From: Eledone cirrhosa
Taxonomy: Eukaryota
DNA: 64,000 bases
Direction: 5' to 3'
Assembly: GCA_964016885.1 (NCBI GenBank)
Contig: OZ024754.1
Span: 18,352,001-18,416,000, forward strand
Shown here: in pieces, positions 41,890 through 54,162 of the stretch
Layout: each line of letters opens with the position of its first letter
Numbering within the stretch: position 1 is the stretch's first letter
Notes under the pieces: generated by a model
Told to the model about the DNA's origin: nothing
The model's input: the letters and a program-made list of their open reading frames with translations, nothing else
Database searches by the model: none
Position numbers and translations under genes: made by a program

Positions 41890-42915
41890 TCGTCCTCTCC
41901 CACAACTCCACCCAGCTCTCATCCTTGTTCCCTTTCCCGCTGCAACACTTGTCCCTTCATTTCTGCCCTGACCACTCTTACAGGCCCTAACGAGTCTTTC
42001 TGTATCCCCCATTCCTTCACCTGCAAATCCACCCACAGTCTATGCCCTCCGGTGTTCCCTTTGCGGGTCTTTATATATTGGACAAACCGGGCGCCGTATG
42101 GCGGACCGTTTTGCCGAACATTTGAGGGACATACGACTTGGTTTCAATACTCCTGCCACCTATCATTTCTGTCCTCCTGAGTGTACTATTACATCATGGA
42201 TCACAGGCCTCGCGCACCAAGACTGAACAGTCTGATTCACCACCTTGGGTCCTATTCCCCTCTTGGACTCAACTCACCTCCCCAATTTCTTTAATACCCT
42301 GTCCAATATCACACACGCTTGTACATTCACTCCAAGATTCCGGTCGCTCTCTCATGATCATTAACATCTCTTACAACTAATACATGCCGATTATATATGC
42401 CCACTCCCCATTTCCCTTCACTGCTCTGTATACACTCATACACACCCTTCTATTAACATACTTTTGCTCATAGCTTCGTACTTACATGCACACACACTCT
42501 TTTACTCACATATACACACACATTTCTTCTTGGCTTCGTACAGACGTATAATAACACACATGCTTACGCATGTACACAAGTATAGCTCTTTCTACGAAAC
42601 CGTTTTTTTTTTCCATTTCAGATAGACGCACTCCATCATCCACTTTTCTAAAAAGTAAATCATACACAAAATGCCAGCCCCAACAGTTTTGCAAGAGATG
42701 TCAACATGAATGGACCTACATTTTTATCTAAAGACATTTTTTCCAATTCCAACCCGCCCGTTCCCTCAATCTATCTTATTTCTCATTCTTTCTTCTGATG
42801 AAGGACTAGCGTCCGAAACGTTATGACCTTCTTCCTGTTATATCAAGTGTTAACCTAATATATCCCTTCCATATACTGTACCGATTGTGTTGCTATTTCT
42901 GTTTACCTTTTACAT
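41890..42915 (+). mobile_element. Penelope-like element 3' remnant (Neptune-type Cys linker + GIY-YIG, 3' region with hammerhead)
   Basis: HPCSLSRCNTCPFI..TGPNESFCIPHSFTCKSTH/VYALRCSLCGSLYIGQTGRRMADRFAEHLRDIR (frameshift near 42037); hammerhead at 42791. Confidence 0.85.
42791..42826 (+). ncRNA. Minimal hammerhead ribozyme motif of PLE pLTR type
   Basis: TCTT-CTGATGA-a-GGAC-TAGC-GTCC-GAAAC-GTT-ATGA; palindromic AACGTT in place of stem III; stem I with one mismatch. Confidence 0.7.
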
Positions 42916-42978
42916 ATATATATATATATCTATCACATAAGAAACGGAGAATCAGTGTTGCGACGAATAAAATTTATT

Positions 42979-43075
42979 AGACATATTACAATCGTTTCTC
43001 TGGCGACCAGCTCGAGGCACGATCAATGTAATGATCGAACCTGACTCTGAAATCGCAAGGTCGTCAGATACGTCT
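42979..43075 (-). ncRNA. Type-I hammerhead ribozyme with extended stem II
   Basis: Minus strand: AGACGTAT-CTGACGA-[62-nt hairpin]-GAAAC-GATT-GTA-ATATGTCT; 8-bp stem I (one G.U); AATAAA immediately downstream. Confidence 0.75.
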
Positions 43076-44189
43076 CGATTCTACGAAGCAGAGTTTCCAA
43101 ATGTCCAGTTTCACCCGCGGCCCTCACTCGGCAGCTTAGATCCTGTTGTTGTCATTCTATGAGTGCTCAAGAATCGTACACGTCATCGGTATTTTTGGCC
43201 ACTCATGGCCGTCCTATATTTGGTTCCTTTCATTTGCCACCTGTCAATCAAAGTTGTTTCTTAAATCGGAATTACTACTGTAGGAGGTAAAGGGTTCTTT
43301 GTGATTGAACCGTTGGTACCCTGTCGCCGCCTTCTCAACCTATAGGCGCCCCACCCATGTCCATGTTTCGCGCAGGTGTGATACATACGGGGACTTATAC
43401 ACCCACAGCGATCACATACACACCCGCAACTGTATTATATACGACAATCACAGTAGATATTGAATGTGCAGTGAATACTTAGGAAGATTTTTTTTAAAAA
43501 TGGAAAAACATTTAACAATGTTTCAGAAAAACACATCCTCAAAATACCTTAAAAACACACATTTCAAAAAGAAAAACCCTGTAAAAAGAACGTTTTTAAA
43601 AGAATGCTTGAATAGCCTTTCAAAAAAGTTAATTCAAAGGTATTTTTGATAAATATACACATATCTACACATACATACTGTACTCAGGAAAGCATATATA
43701 GTTAAGACGCTGCACATATATACAGATGAAAAAAATGGAAGATCTACACATACATATTCATACTAATACATCCACCCAGACATGTATACACATGCATGTA
43801 TGCATATGTGCGTGGACACGCATACATACATGTACCCGTGCATGGGCATGCTTATACACATCGAGTGCTCAAACGGCCTACCGCTTACGGACGCTTTAAG
43901 CATCCCTCACCAATTATATATATATATATATATCCAGTTCAAGAGTAACCAATCTTAAAGAGAGAGATGGAGATAAGAGAGGAGAGATTGGTGAATTAGT
44001 TAGAAGCCAAAGCGTAAAGGCATGTGCTCAATGTGCAATATGCAGTAGAAAGCATTATTATTATTATTATTATTCTCTACATTCCTTACATCAAACTAAA
44101 ATATGTTGACAATCTTTTAATAATGTCTTCCTTGTGAAATTTGTGGTCTTGTTTTGCTTAACTAATGTATATATATATATATATCTATG

Positions 44190-46850
44190 TTTAGATATTA
44201 TTTTAATTTCTTATGTTGTCTGTATTACCGTCATGTCTTTGTTTGGCGTGTTCATATAGTGCCGAACCGTCTTTTTGCCCTTTTAGTTCCCCCCAGTGTT
44301 GGTCTATTCTTTCTATGCTTTGAGCTGTCTCGCCTATGTATGTTGTCATATTTCTGCAAGTACCCTCTGTACATCTTATGCTATAGACTACATTTCTAGT
44401 TTTACAGTTTATCTGGGGGTTTATTTTACATATAACACATTTCTTATTCGTACTATGGGTTTTCTTAAAGGGGTATATTTATCTGATCAGGGATTTTATG
44501 GTAGCTCTTGGTTTTTCTACCACTTTAATCTTTAGATGGGTTTTTCTTAGGGCCTTTCTACATTGCTAAGCTAATTTCCCTCCAGGGGTAGCATACACTC
44601 TGGTATCTGTGATTGTCGTACCATGAAGTGGTTTTCCCTATCTTATGTTTAGTCCTATCTAAGCTATTCCATGATTTGCTCCTGTATAATGGGCAAATTC
44701 CTTTCATGTCCAGTTCTATGAGTGTCTTATACTTCTCCATGGTTCCTTTGTATACTCTGATTCTGTCTCTTTGGTTGTAGCCAGAGAACTGCATGCGGTT
44801 GATGAAGTGTTGGCTGTGTCTTTCCATTTCTGTTGGGTCGCACATGCGGGACACATTCTTCATCACTCGTACCAAGTCTGTGATCAGAATATTAAACTTA
44901 GCACTATTGGACATTGTTGAGTTTTTGAGTATCAGGTATTGGAGGCCATGGGTTTAGCATAGTGTGAGTGGAGGATTTCGGCTCTCTCGTTTATAGTGTT
45001 TATCCAGAGTTCTGTGTCTAATACTGGTAGTCTATTGTTAGGGTGTTTGGAAGGGTAGTCAATGGTTACAGTAATACTCTGGTGTATGGAGTTAGTCTGC
45101 TGGATGCTCTCCATTGTGCTATCTTCTAATTCATGTTTATTAGTACTCTCTTGTGGAGGTGTTCTTATTACTATATAAATATCGTCTACGTAACGAGAGT
45201 ACACGAAGAGGGCTATGGAGTTCTCTGAGTCTCCTTTCCCACCATACCATAAATAGATTGGCAACATCACCAGCTATGCTGACACCAATAGCTGCTCCCT
45301 CATTCTGTGTGTAGACCTTTTTATTAAATTTAAACATATAGCCCTTTATGGTAGGTTTAATACTAGCCCCTATTGCATTTTTCTCACCTGATCGTTGTTT
45401 TGGGGTGTTTGTATGGCTTTGGTCCATCCATTCCATCTTCCTATGGGAGTCTTTTTAGTCATTGAGGTTATGGAGGTGGGGGTCTACCTCTTATAGGTCT
45501 ACTGGGGCAGAAACCAATATGGTCATTGTTATCTAGGTATTCGGTGACATAAGTAAGTCTAAGTAGGAGGCCCAGTTCATCTGTATCGACATCGCAGAAC
45601 TCCACTTCACTCTCACTGATTATTTCCACACATTTTTCCACAGCAAAATCAATGTCAATGGATGGGTATAGTGATACCACATCCATACTGCCTATTATGC
45701 AGTTTGTTAAGTTTTTGTTGCATTCATTGATTCTACTGAGGTCCTCTGTGCTGTCACATATATCTGGGGACATCTTAATTATGGGGCATATAACCATAGA
45801 GAGGAAGTAGGAGATCCTGTAGTTACTAGCAATATTGGCTCCACATACAGGTCTTGTTGTTGGTCCTGTCATCGGGTTGTTGGTTGTTTTATGGTCTTTG
45901 CGGAGCCCATACAAGGGTGGTATGTCATTGTTAGACATTTGGAAGTTGTTGGCTGTGCGTTTACTTGGCTTTAGGATGTTAGGTCCACATCATCATGTGA
46001 GTATTGGGGATCTTTTCTCTCTCCTCATGTGTTTGTTGTGTTGTTTCGCTCGTGTTGATGATGTGGGGTTGCATAGCCTTGATATAGTTCGGCATGCTGT
46101 CTATTGACATCTTACCAGATTTATCTGTGGGTAGACACACTACTTCACCATTTCTTGTGCGCTGCTTGAGGCTAAGTTGGCTTTCTACAGGTTTTCTTCC
46201 AAGTTGTTGAATTTCTGGTCTGTTTTGTCTCCTAGTATATTGGTCTACTACCTGTCTAAATTTATTTATAGCTATGGTAAACTGTGCCTCTGTTTGGTCA
46301 TCTATTTGTTGTGGTATACAAACTCTTTTATTAAAAGGTAATTTAGTGGGATAAATTTTCTTCATCTTGTATGTTTTGTCAGCTGGGTTCTTATTAAATC
46401 TACCGTTATAGTTGTGTGTACTATTATTATTATGGCTGTTGTTGTTCCTACTGTTAACATTATTATTATTGTTATGATGGTTAAATGTATTGTTGTTGTT
46501 CTCTCCATTGTTGTTGTTACTGCTATTTCTACCAGTGTGGTTGTTACCTGTATTGTTACGTTTTTTGTTTTTTGTTTTTGTTGTTGTTGTTGTTATTCTG
46601 CCTGTCGTTAACGTTACTGCTCCTGCTGTTTCCATTATTATTATTATTTTCCTCTCTCCTGCTATTGTTATAGTTATGACTATTATTATCATAGCTGTTA
46701 TTTCTATAGTCAAAGTTATTGTTTATATTACTACTTTCGTTATTATTATTATTGTTCGTATTGTTATTTATGTTCACGTTCCAATGTATTTTAGTGAAGG
46801 ACTTTTCAATCTCCGACAGGCATTGTACTGGGTTTACCTTGTTATATAGT
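44190..46850 (-). mobile_element. Penelope-like retroelement, near full-length and decayed (RT + Cys linker + C-terminal GIY-YIG)
   Basis: EIEKSFTKIHW, PTKLPFNKRVCIP, VVCLPTDKSGKM, PPLYGLRKDHK, TRPVCGA, GSMDVVSLYPSID, YTQNEGAAIG, YSRYVDDIY, LPVLDTELW, HYAKPMAS, FSGY, ATPGGKLA, KCVICK..NCKTRNVVYSIRC..YIGETAQS (44317-44395); many stops and frameshifts. Confidence 0.92.
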
Positions 46851-47864
46851 GAACTTTGGTGGTAGTTGTAGAATTTACCTCACCTGTCCTGTTATTTCAT
46901 CAATCCTTTATGCCACATCCTCTGAGACAATGCTGCTGCTACCCAATGAAAACATCCTAGGCAGCCATTTTGGCTGAATTAGCAAAGTCACATTCACTGA
47001 ACCTTCTAGAACCACTCTCTCTCAAATGTGCTGTTACTTTGCCTGAGTAGTTTACCATTCTTGTAACAGGCTTTGATTCATTGAACTCCCATCTGTTTTA
47101 GCTCACTGGATGCACTCCCTTCATCACCTACAATGTCCCCGCTTCCAAGACTCCACCTAATCACTGCTCTGTGAACATGCAGCCCTCTAGAACCCCATTT
47201 CCCTATAGCAATTGACCTATAAAAGATCTAAGTGTGCTCTTTAGACTGTTACAAAACTCATTGCTTTCTTGGCCTTATTTATTAGGTATCAGCTTTCTGA
47301 TTGAAGTAGCAACAAACCATTTGATCAACCGCATTAGTAATTTATTTTTGGCAGGGACACTTATCTCTCAGCAGTTTAGTCTACCTAGCTCTAAATAGAT
47401 ACCTTGAAGAAAGAATATTTCACTTCAGCATATCAATATTAATGGAACTCTATATGTCTGGTCTTAAAATTCTTTCACAGGAAGACTAACTATGTTTCTG
47501 AAATATATAAATTTGGTGCTGTGAGTTAGAGTGAAGCTTTATAAGAAATCTCACATGAAGGACATGATTTTACACTAAATTACGCATTTGGCTATACTAG
47601 AGTTGATAAAATCTTGATGGGATTTCAAATTGTGATCCTACAAGTGTTTTAAGGCATTTTCCCATCTAAAGCACAGCCAGTTTTGTGTGTCTCATGACAA
47701 GCTTCATAAACCTCATGGGTTTCTTTTTTAGCAAAGTTTTACAGCCAGATGTCCTTCCTGGTATAAACCTTTTTAGTCACCTCTAATGACATGTAGGTGT
47801 CGTGGTTGCATCCAAGACACCATAGTGAAAAACCAATATATGGAACATTATATTATGTAACATT

Positions 47865-48053
47865 GGCGGTGGATTGGCAGTATTGGTAGAGGGTCAGACG
47901 CCATGCTTTGACATATAGAGTTACGGCCCTTGCCATTCTGAGTTCAAACCCCGCCAAGGTTAACTTTGCCTTTCATCCTTACGGGGTCGATAAAATAAAG
48001 TACCAGTAATGCACTGGGTGATTGCTGGCCTTGTGCCTAATGTAGAAACAATG
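47865..48053 (+). mobile_element. SINE family B copy
   Basis: 15-bp TSD ATATTATGTAACATT (47850-47864 / 48054-48068). Confidence 0.92.
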
Positions 48054-48287
48054 ATATTATGTAACATTTTCTCATTATTTTAATTTATATTCCTTTGAAG
48101 TTCCGATGAGCCGCTCTGTTCTTTAAATATGTTAATTATTTTCAACTGAACCAGATCAATTATGATATATAGTCATCTGATCCAGAAATATGATATGGAG
48201 TAGCTAAACAATTGTAAACGGTCATTATTATTATTATTCTCTATATCAAACTTATTATTCTCTACATCAAACTTATGCAGTAGAAAG

Positions 48288-48325
<38 letters not shown>

Positions 48326-50824
48326 TCTACATTCCTTACATCAAACTAAAATATGTTGACAATCTTTTAATAATGTCTTCCTTGTGAAATTTGTGGTCTT
48401 GTTTTGCTTAACTAATGAATATTTCCAGCTCTGCGCACCTAACTTCTGCATGAACCCAGCCACCTAGCTGCTTTCTACTGCATATTGCACATAGAAGCCA
48501 AAGCGTAAAGGCATGTGCTCAAACTAATTCACCAATCTCTCCTCTCATATCTCTCTTTAAGATTGGTTACTCTTGAACTGTGTATATATATATATATTTA
48601 TGAATGAATTGGCTGGAATTTAAACCATAATTTTAAACAAGAAAATGGAAAGAAGCATTAAAACATCTATTACAAATAACTGTCTGTATTTAGAAAATAC
48701 TGCATAAAATTGTATAATTCCTCTAGTTGAACCGGGCCAATGACAACATAGAGAAATGGTTAATCTTATGGTATATCTTGAAACAAACAGCTGAACTACA
48801 ATCCTGCATTCTATTGTAAAGAAATTTGCTGCAAACAGAAAGTAGAATTGGTCTTTATGCTTCATGAAATCAGATCTATTTCAGCTAAATTGAGAAATAC
48901 TCATTTAGGTACAACGGATGACTAATATTCTTGTAACATCAGAAGGGAAATTGGTTTTCTAAATAGGCTTAACCATAAATGACTGCTCAGAGTGTATAAG
49001 TAATGTGTTGTGTGTGTGTTGGTGTGTTATGGTGTGTGTGTGTGTGGTATGTGTGTATCACATATGTATACAGATGCAGATATACACATTACATACCACA
49101 CACACACACCTTTGTCCTTTATGTATCAAAGACAAACAACTTATGTAACAACCCCTCTTTTTTTTTCTTAGTCTCATATATAGCTGGAAAAAAGAACCCC
49201 ACCAAAAAACATTAAATAAATCTTCCAATTCTAAGAACTGTTGTTACATTAAAGTCTGCACATTCCTAACCAACAATTTTTCAGATTGGTACTTATTTTC
49301 TACTAAAACAGACCTCTTCCTGTCAAAGACATTTTATAGTAACAATAAATGAAATGGATTATTTTTACCTTTTGTATTAGCATCTACTCATCTTTAGTTA
49401 CCCCCACCCCATTGTTAAACTTCAGTTTCTATAGCAGTCTCAAGTTCACCCACCCACCCCACTAAGTGGCACCATGGACAAGTGCATTCCATTTTAGCCT
49501 CAAGTCGACTAATGTCGTGTAAGTGAAATTGGTAAATGTAAACTGTAAGAAGTAGAGACAGAGAGAGAGAGATCATTGTTTAACATCCGTCTGCCCTGCT
49601 AGCAAAGGTTGGACATATCACCACAAACCAGCCAGTCCTCAACAGAGGGGCCAGGAGCCTGAAATACAATCCCATGCTCTCCTGTATGAATTTATTTTTC
49701 TGGCTCTCTGAGTTCTGAGTTCAAATCTCACAGAGGTCAACTTTGCCTTTTATCCTTCAGATGTCAATAAAACAAGCTACCAGTTAAGTTCTGGAGTCAG
49801 ACAGGCACACACACGCATTACAAAACAACCAGCTTAATAATGATTTCTAATATAGGCACAAGGCTAACAATTTTGGGGGAGGGGAAAGTCGATTAAATCA
49901 ACCCCAGTGTATTACTGTAATTTATTTTATTGACCCCATAAGGATGAAAGGCAAAGCTAAAATGTTGTGAAAGGGTTAAAATCACTTAAACCATTTTTCT
50001 ATATTTTTTTTGTTTCTTTTGTTAGTAAAATGATCTCCATTGAAAGTGAATTGCTGACACAATTGTTAACAATACCTAAAGCTGTAGCTTCTCAACTTAC
50101 TATTTACACAGCTACTACAATAGTTATTCAATTGAAGAAGTCATTTATCTTTCACTAGAAACCAAAGTATTTTGCACAAAATGTGCATTAATGTAATTAG
50201 CAATGTACCAAAGTGTACAGAAGAGGAACTGCGCCATTTACCAATGTTTTGTTTGTTTTATTTTTTATTGAAACATACATTTTTTCAGAAACAGTTTTAT
50301 TGACATGTATTCCCTCAAAATAATATCTAGTCAGTTTTCATTTAAAAAAAATAAAGATAAAGAAATTCTCTTTGTTTTCTTTCATTCTCAACCTTGTTTT
50401 GTATCACTTTTATATTCCTTGGCATGTTCTCAAAACCATTTTCTTCAGGCAAGAAAGATGTCTACTTCAAACAATGCATTTAAAGCAGTGTTGTTTATTC
50501 ATTATTATTATTATTATCATCATCATCATCATCATCATCATCAATTGCAAATATAAACCATTCTAACCTTTGCCAGGCCACTCTTCACATGTAGGTTGTG
50601 TGTTCCTTTTAACTCTCTACAGAAAAGAACTTCAAAAGATGGAGCCATTACAAGGGATTCGACAGGATACTGGCAAATTGGTTTAAACTATACATATATA
50701 TGATCATCATTATCACCGTTTAACATATATATATGTATATATATCATCATCATCGTTTAGCATATATATATATAAATATATATATATATATCAGCATGGA
50801 AAAATGGACGTAAAACGATGATGA

Positions 50825-51092
50825 TGATACACCTTAACCATGCTGCTATATCACAAGAGTTTAAATATACTTTAACCTTGCTCATATACAATGAGATTAA
50901 ACCATATGCAACCTTAACCTTACTACTATATAGCAAGAGTTTATATACACACCTTTACATTACTGTTATATAGCAGATGTTTAAACTATATATACACCTT
51001 AACCTTGCTCTTATATCGCAACAGTTCAAACTATATATATTTATACAACTATATACACACCTTAAATTTACTGCTATATAACAAAGGGTTTA

Positions 51093-51143
<51 letters not shown>

Positions 51144-51287
51144 GTAACCTTACTGTTATATAACAAGAGTTTAAGTTTTATATACAACTATATAAACACC
51201 TTAAATTTACTGCTATATAGCAAGGGTTTAAGCTATACATACAACTAAGTATACACCTTAAATTTACTGCTATACAGCCAAGGTTTA

Positions 51288-51361
<74 letters not shown>

Positions 51362-51390
51362 ACCTTACTGTTATATAACATTAGTTTAAA
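50825..51390. repeat. Degenerate ~45-50-bp tandem repeat (ACCTTAA..TTACTGCTATATAGCAAG.GTTTAAACTATA) with embedded microsatellites
   Basis: About 10 recurring units. Confidence 0.75.
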
Positions 51391-52041
51391 AGAATAACCA
51401 ACCAATCAGCTTCCACAACCTTATCACATGAATACATAAAATTAACTGCTGTTTCATCCTTCCCTCAAATAAATAGCTTCTGAAATTGTTTTAGCTCCAG
51501 TTTTATTTCTCGAAATCATAAAATTTATGATAGCTAAAGATCAATAAACTAAACTTCCATATCAGCAGCTCCATCTTTTCAGGTTAATGGCTACATGCTT
51601 CAGCTATTCAGATTGGGAAAAGCATAAGGCAGAGAAATGTCTGATGATTTCATCCGATTTTAATATTTCTTTCTGTAGGATCAGACTCAACTGGTAGGCT
51701 CCATAAAAATAATATCTGTTTATTGGTTTGACAGAAAAGGTGCAGAGATATGAGTGACTATCAAGAATACAAGTGATTAAGAGAAAAGGGTTTATAGCTT
51801 ATAGGCTGCTTTCTTAATATGATGCACACGATGTACAAATTAAAAGATGGTTAATGATAAAGATACATAAATACTAACTGTTAAGAGGTGCAATGCTATG
51901 GAGAGAGATCAAATGTTAAAATAAATGGATAAATATGACAATGTTTGAAAAGGCAATAACATAAATCATCACTTTGATCCTTTTAAAATCCTCAAATTTT
52001 ACATAAATATATATTACTTATATATATACACATCAGATATG

Positions 52042-52111
<70 letters not shown>

Positions 52112-52119
52112 CATATACA

Positions 52120-52630
52120 TAGAAGGGTGGGTTGGAAAGTTAATAGGCTACCTATGAAGGAATGATGCTAAAGCTGTGAAATCTTGTATGTATTAATTTC
52201 AACTCTTCCTTATAATAACTACATTTATTATTATTTTTTCCAGCTAAACTGACATCTGACTGTTCAAAAAAAACTTTAAAAGTAACTGGTGGTGACTTAT
52301 CTTGAAAATGAACAAAATTTGGCATCATTTGTTACCAGGGCAGTGGATTGGCAGTATTGGTAGAGGGCCGGACGCCATACTTTGCAGCATTGAGTTACGC
52401 CCCTTTACGGTCTGAGTTCAAATCTCGCCGAGGTTAACTTAGCCTTTCATCCTTACTGGGTCGATAAAATAAAGTACCAGTAATACACTGGGATAATTGC
52501 TGGCCTTATGCCAAAAGTAGAAACAATTATGTTATCAGGTACCTGCAGAAAAGGGGTTTAGCTTGCAGGACATACATGCTGACATGGTTACTACATTATG
52601 GGGATAACTTTCCAGCTTTATCAACAGTGT
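52120..52630 (+). mobile_element. Mariner transposon 5' remnant interrupted by a SINE
   Basis: TIR-like GAAGGGTGGGTTGGAAAGTTAATAGGCT. With the SINE removed it reads MNKIWHH/VIRYLQKRGL/..IHADMVTTLWDNFPALSTV, like a mariner transposase N-terminal HTH. Confidence 0.65.
52339..52527 (+). mobile_element. SINE family B copy nested in the mariner remnant
   Basis: Full head and body; TGTTACCAGG / TGTTATCAGG flanking duplication. Confidence 0.88.
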
Positions 52631-52769
52631 CTATAATGGGACCACCCATCTAACCCATGTTAGCATAGAAAATGGACGTTAAACAATGATGATAATGTAT
52701 ATAAAAATATGTAGAAAAGAAGACAGGACTCCATATGTAGAAAAGGAATATGCCAATAATGATCAATCT

Positions 52770-53003
52770 TAATGATCGTGTAGGTGTCACGGCAAAAAGT
52801 ACCCAGTCCACACTGTAAAGTGGATGTGTAAAAAACACTGCAAAAAGCACCCAGCACACACAATGTGGTTGTCGTTAGGAAGGGCATCCAGCCAGAAACA
52901 CGCCTATATGAGCAAGACACGGTCACCTGACCCAACTTGCCTCTAAATGGGACAAACTCGTCTAACCCATGCTAGCATGGAAGATAGACGTTAATCGATG
53001 ATG
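52770..53003 (+). mobile_element. RTE-tail/SINE 3' fragment
   Basis: GTTAGGAAGGGCATCCAGCC ... GTCTAACCCATGCTAGCATGGAAGATAGACGTTAATCGATGATG. Confidence 0.75.
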
Positions 53004-54162
53004 AGAGCTACATAACAACAGCATTTCAAATGTTACTTAACTCTTAACACCCTCTACCACAACCAAGAGTGAGACATTCTTCACTGTAACCAGATCACAT
53101 TGTGGATTGTCATCACAATCTGTCCACTAATAAACTTTTGAATTAACAAATCCATTTTTAGAGATTCTCATTTTCTGCTAAATCATTAATAGTTGAGCTT
53201 CATATTAGCTAATGTGAAATATTGAACAACACAGACAAAAATGTCCCCACTATCACCAACATATCAGAGGCCCTAGAAAGACTGATGGGCAGTCCTTCCC
53301 TCCCTCATTAAACAGTAAAAAAAAAATAAAGAACAAAAATCTATCTTTTGAAAGATAAATTGCCTCCATAAAAATAAACAAGTTACAATTTCTAATATAT
53401 ACTGAGGCAAGATATCCATTGAAGTTCATTAGATAGATAGGTAAAGGCACGATAGAGAGAGAGAGAGAGAAACAGACAGAAAGAGTCAGAGGATTGATAC
53501 TTCATGCCTATGTGATTAAAATGTAAAAATAGATAAGTTGACAAATCTCATAACTCACCAAAGCAATTTTAATGGAGCCTTATCTGGAAAAAAAATAAAA
53601 ACTATGACAGAGAGTTAGAGATAGAGGGAAGAGAAATGTATGAGAGAATGTGATGATAGATAGATAGAGAGGAGGGGGGGGGGGTATCCAGTTGGAACAC
53701 TAGTCAAATATATAAAATATAAATAATAAACATGTTTCAAATCCCAGTTTGTAGGCAAAATACATCTTTCTAATATTTCATTTACTCTATACTAACCCAC
53801 CTAAGACTGCCCTCTGGCTCTTATACAAAAACCTCTCATTTTAAAATGTTTATAACCCTTTTGGCATTAAACTATCTATGGTTCTTATACAAAAATGTCC
53901 CCACTATCAGAGGCCCTAGAAAGACTGATGGGCAGTCCTTCCCTCCCTCATTAAAAAAAGTGTTCATTTTAAAGTGTTCATAACCCTTTATCAAACTATC
54001 TGAAACCCTACCTATTTATGACACAAAACTCTTTTAATCCTTTCATTACCATATTTCTAATAAAACAGGCTGCCTACGATTTTCAAATAATTTTGAAAAT
54101 AATATTTAGTAATAAAACTTTCTCATTATTAAGTTGGTGATTGGAGCACAGTTTAACAACAA

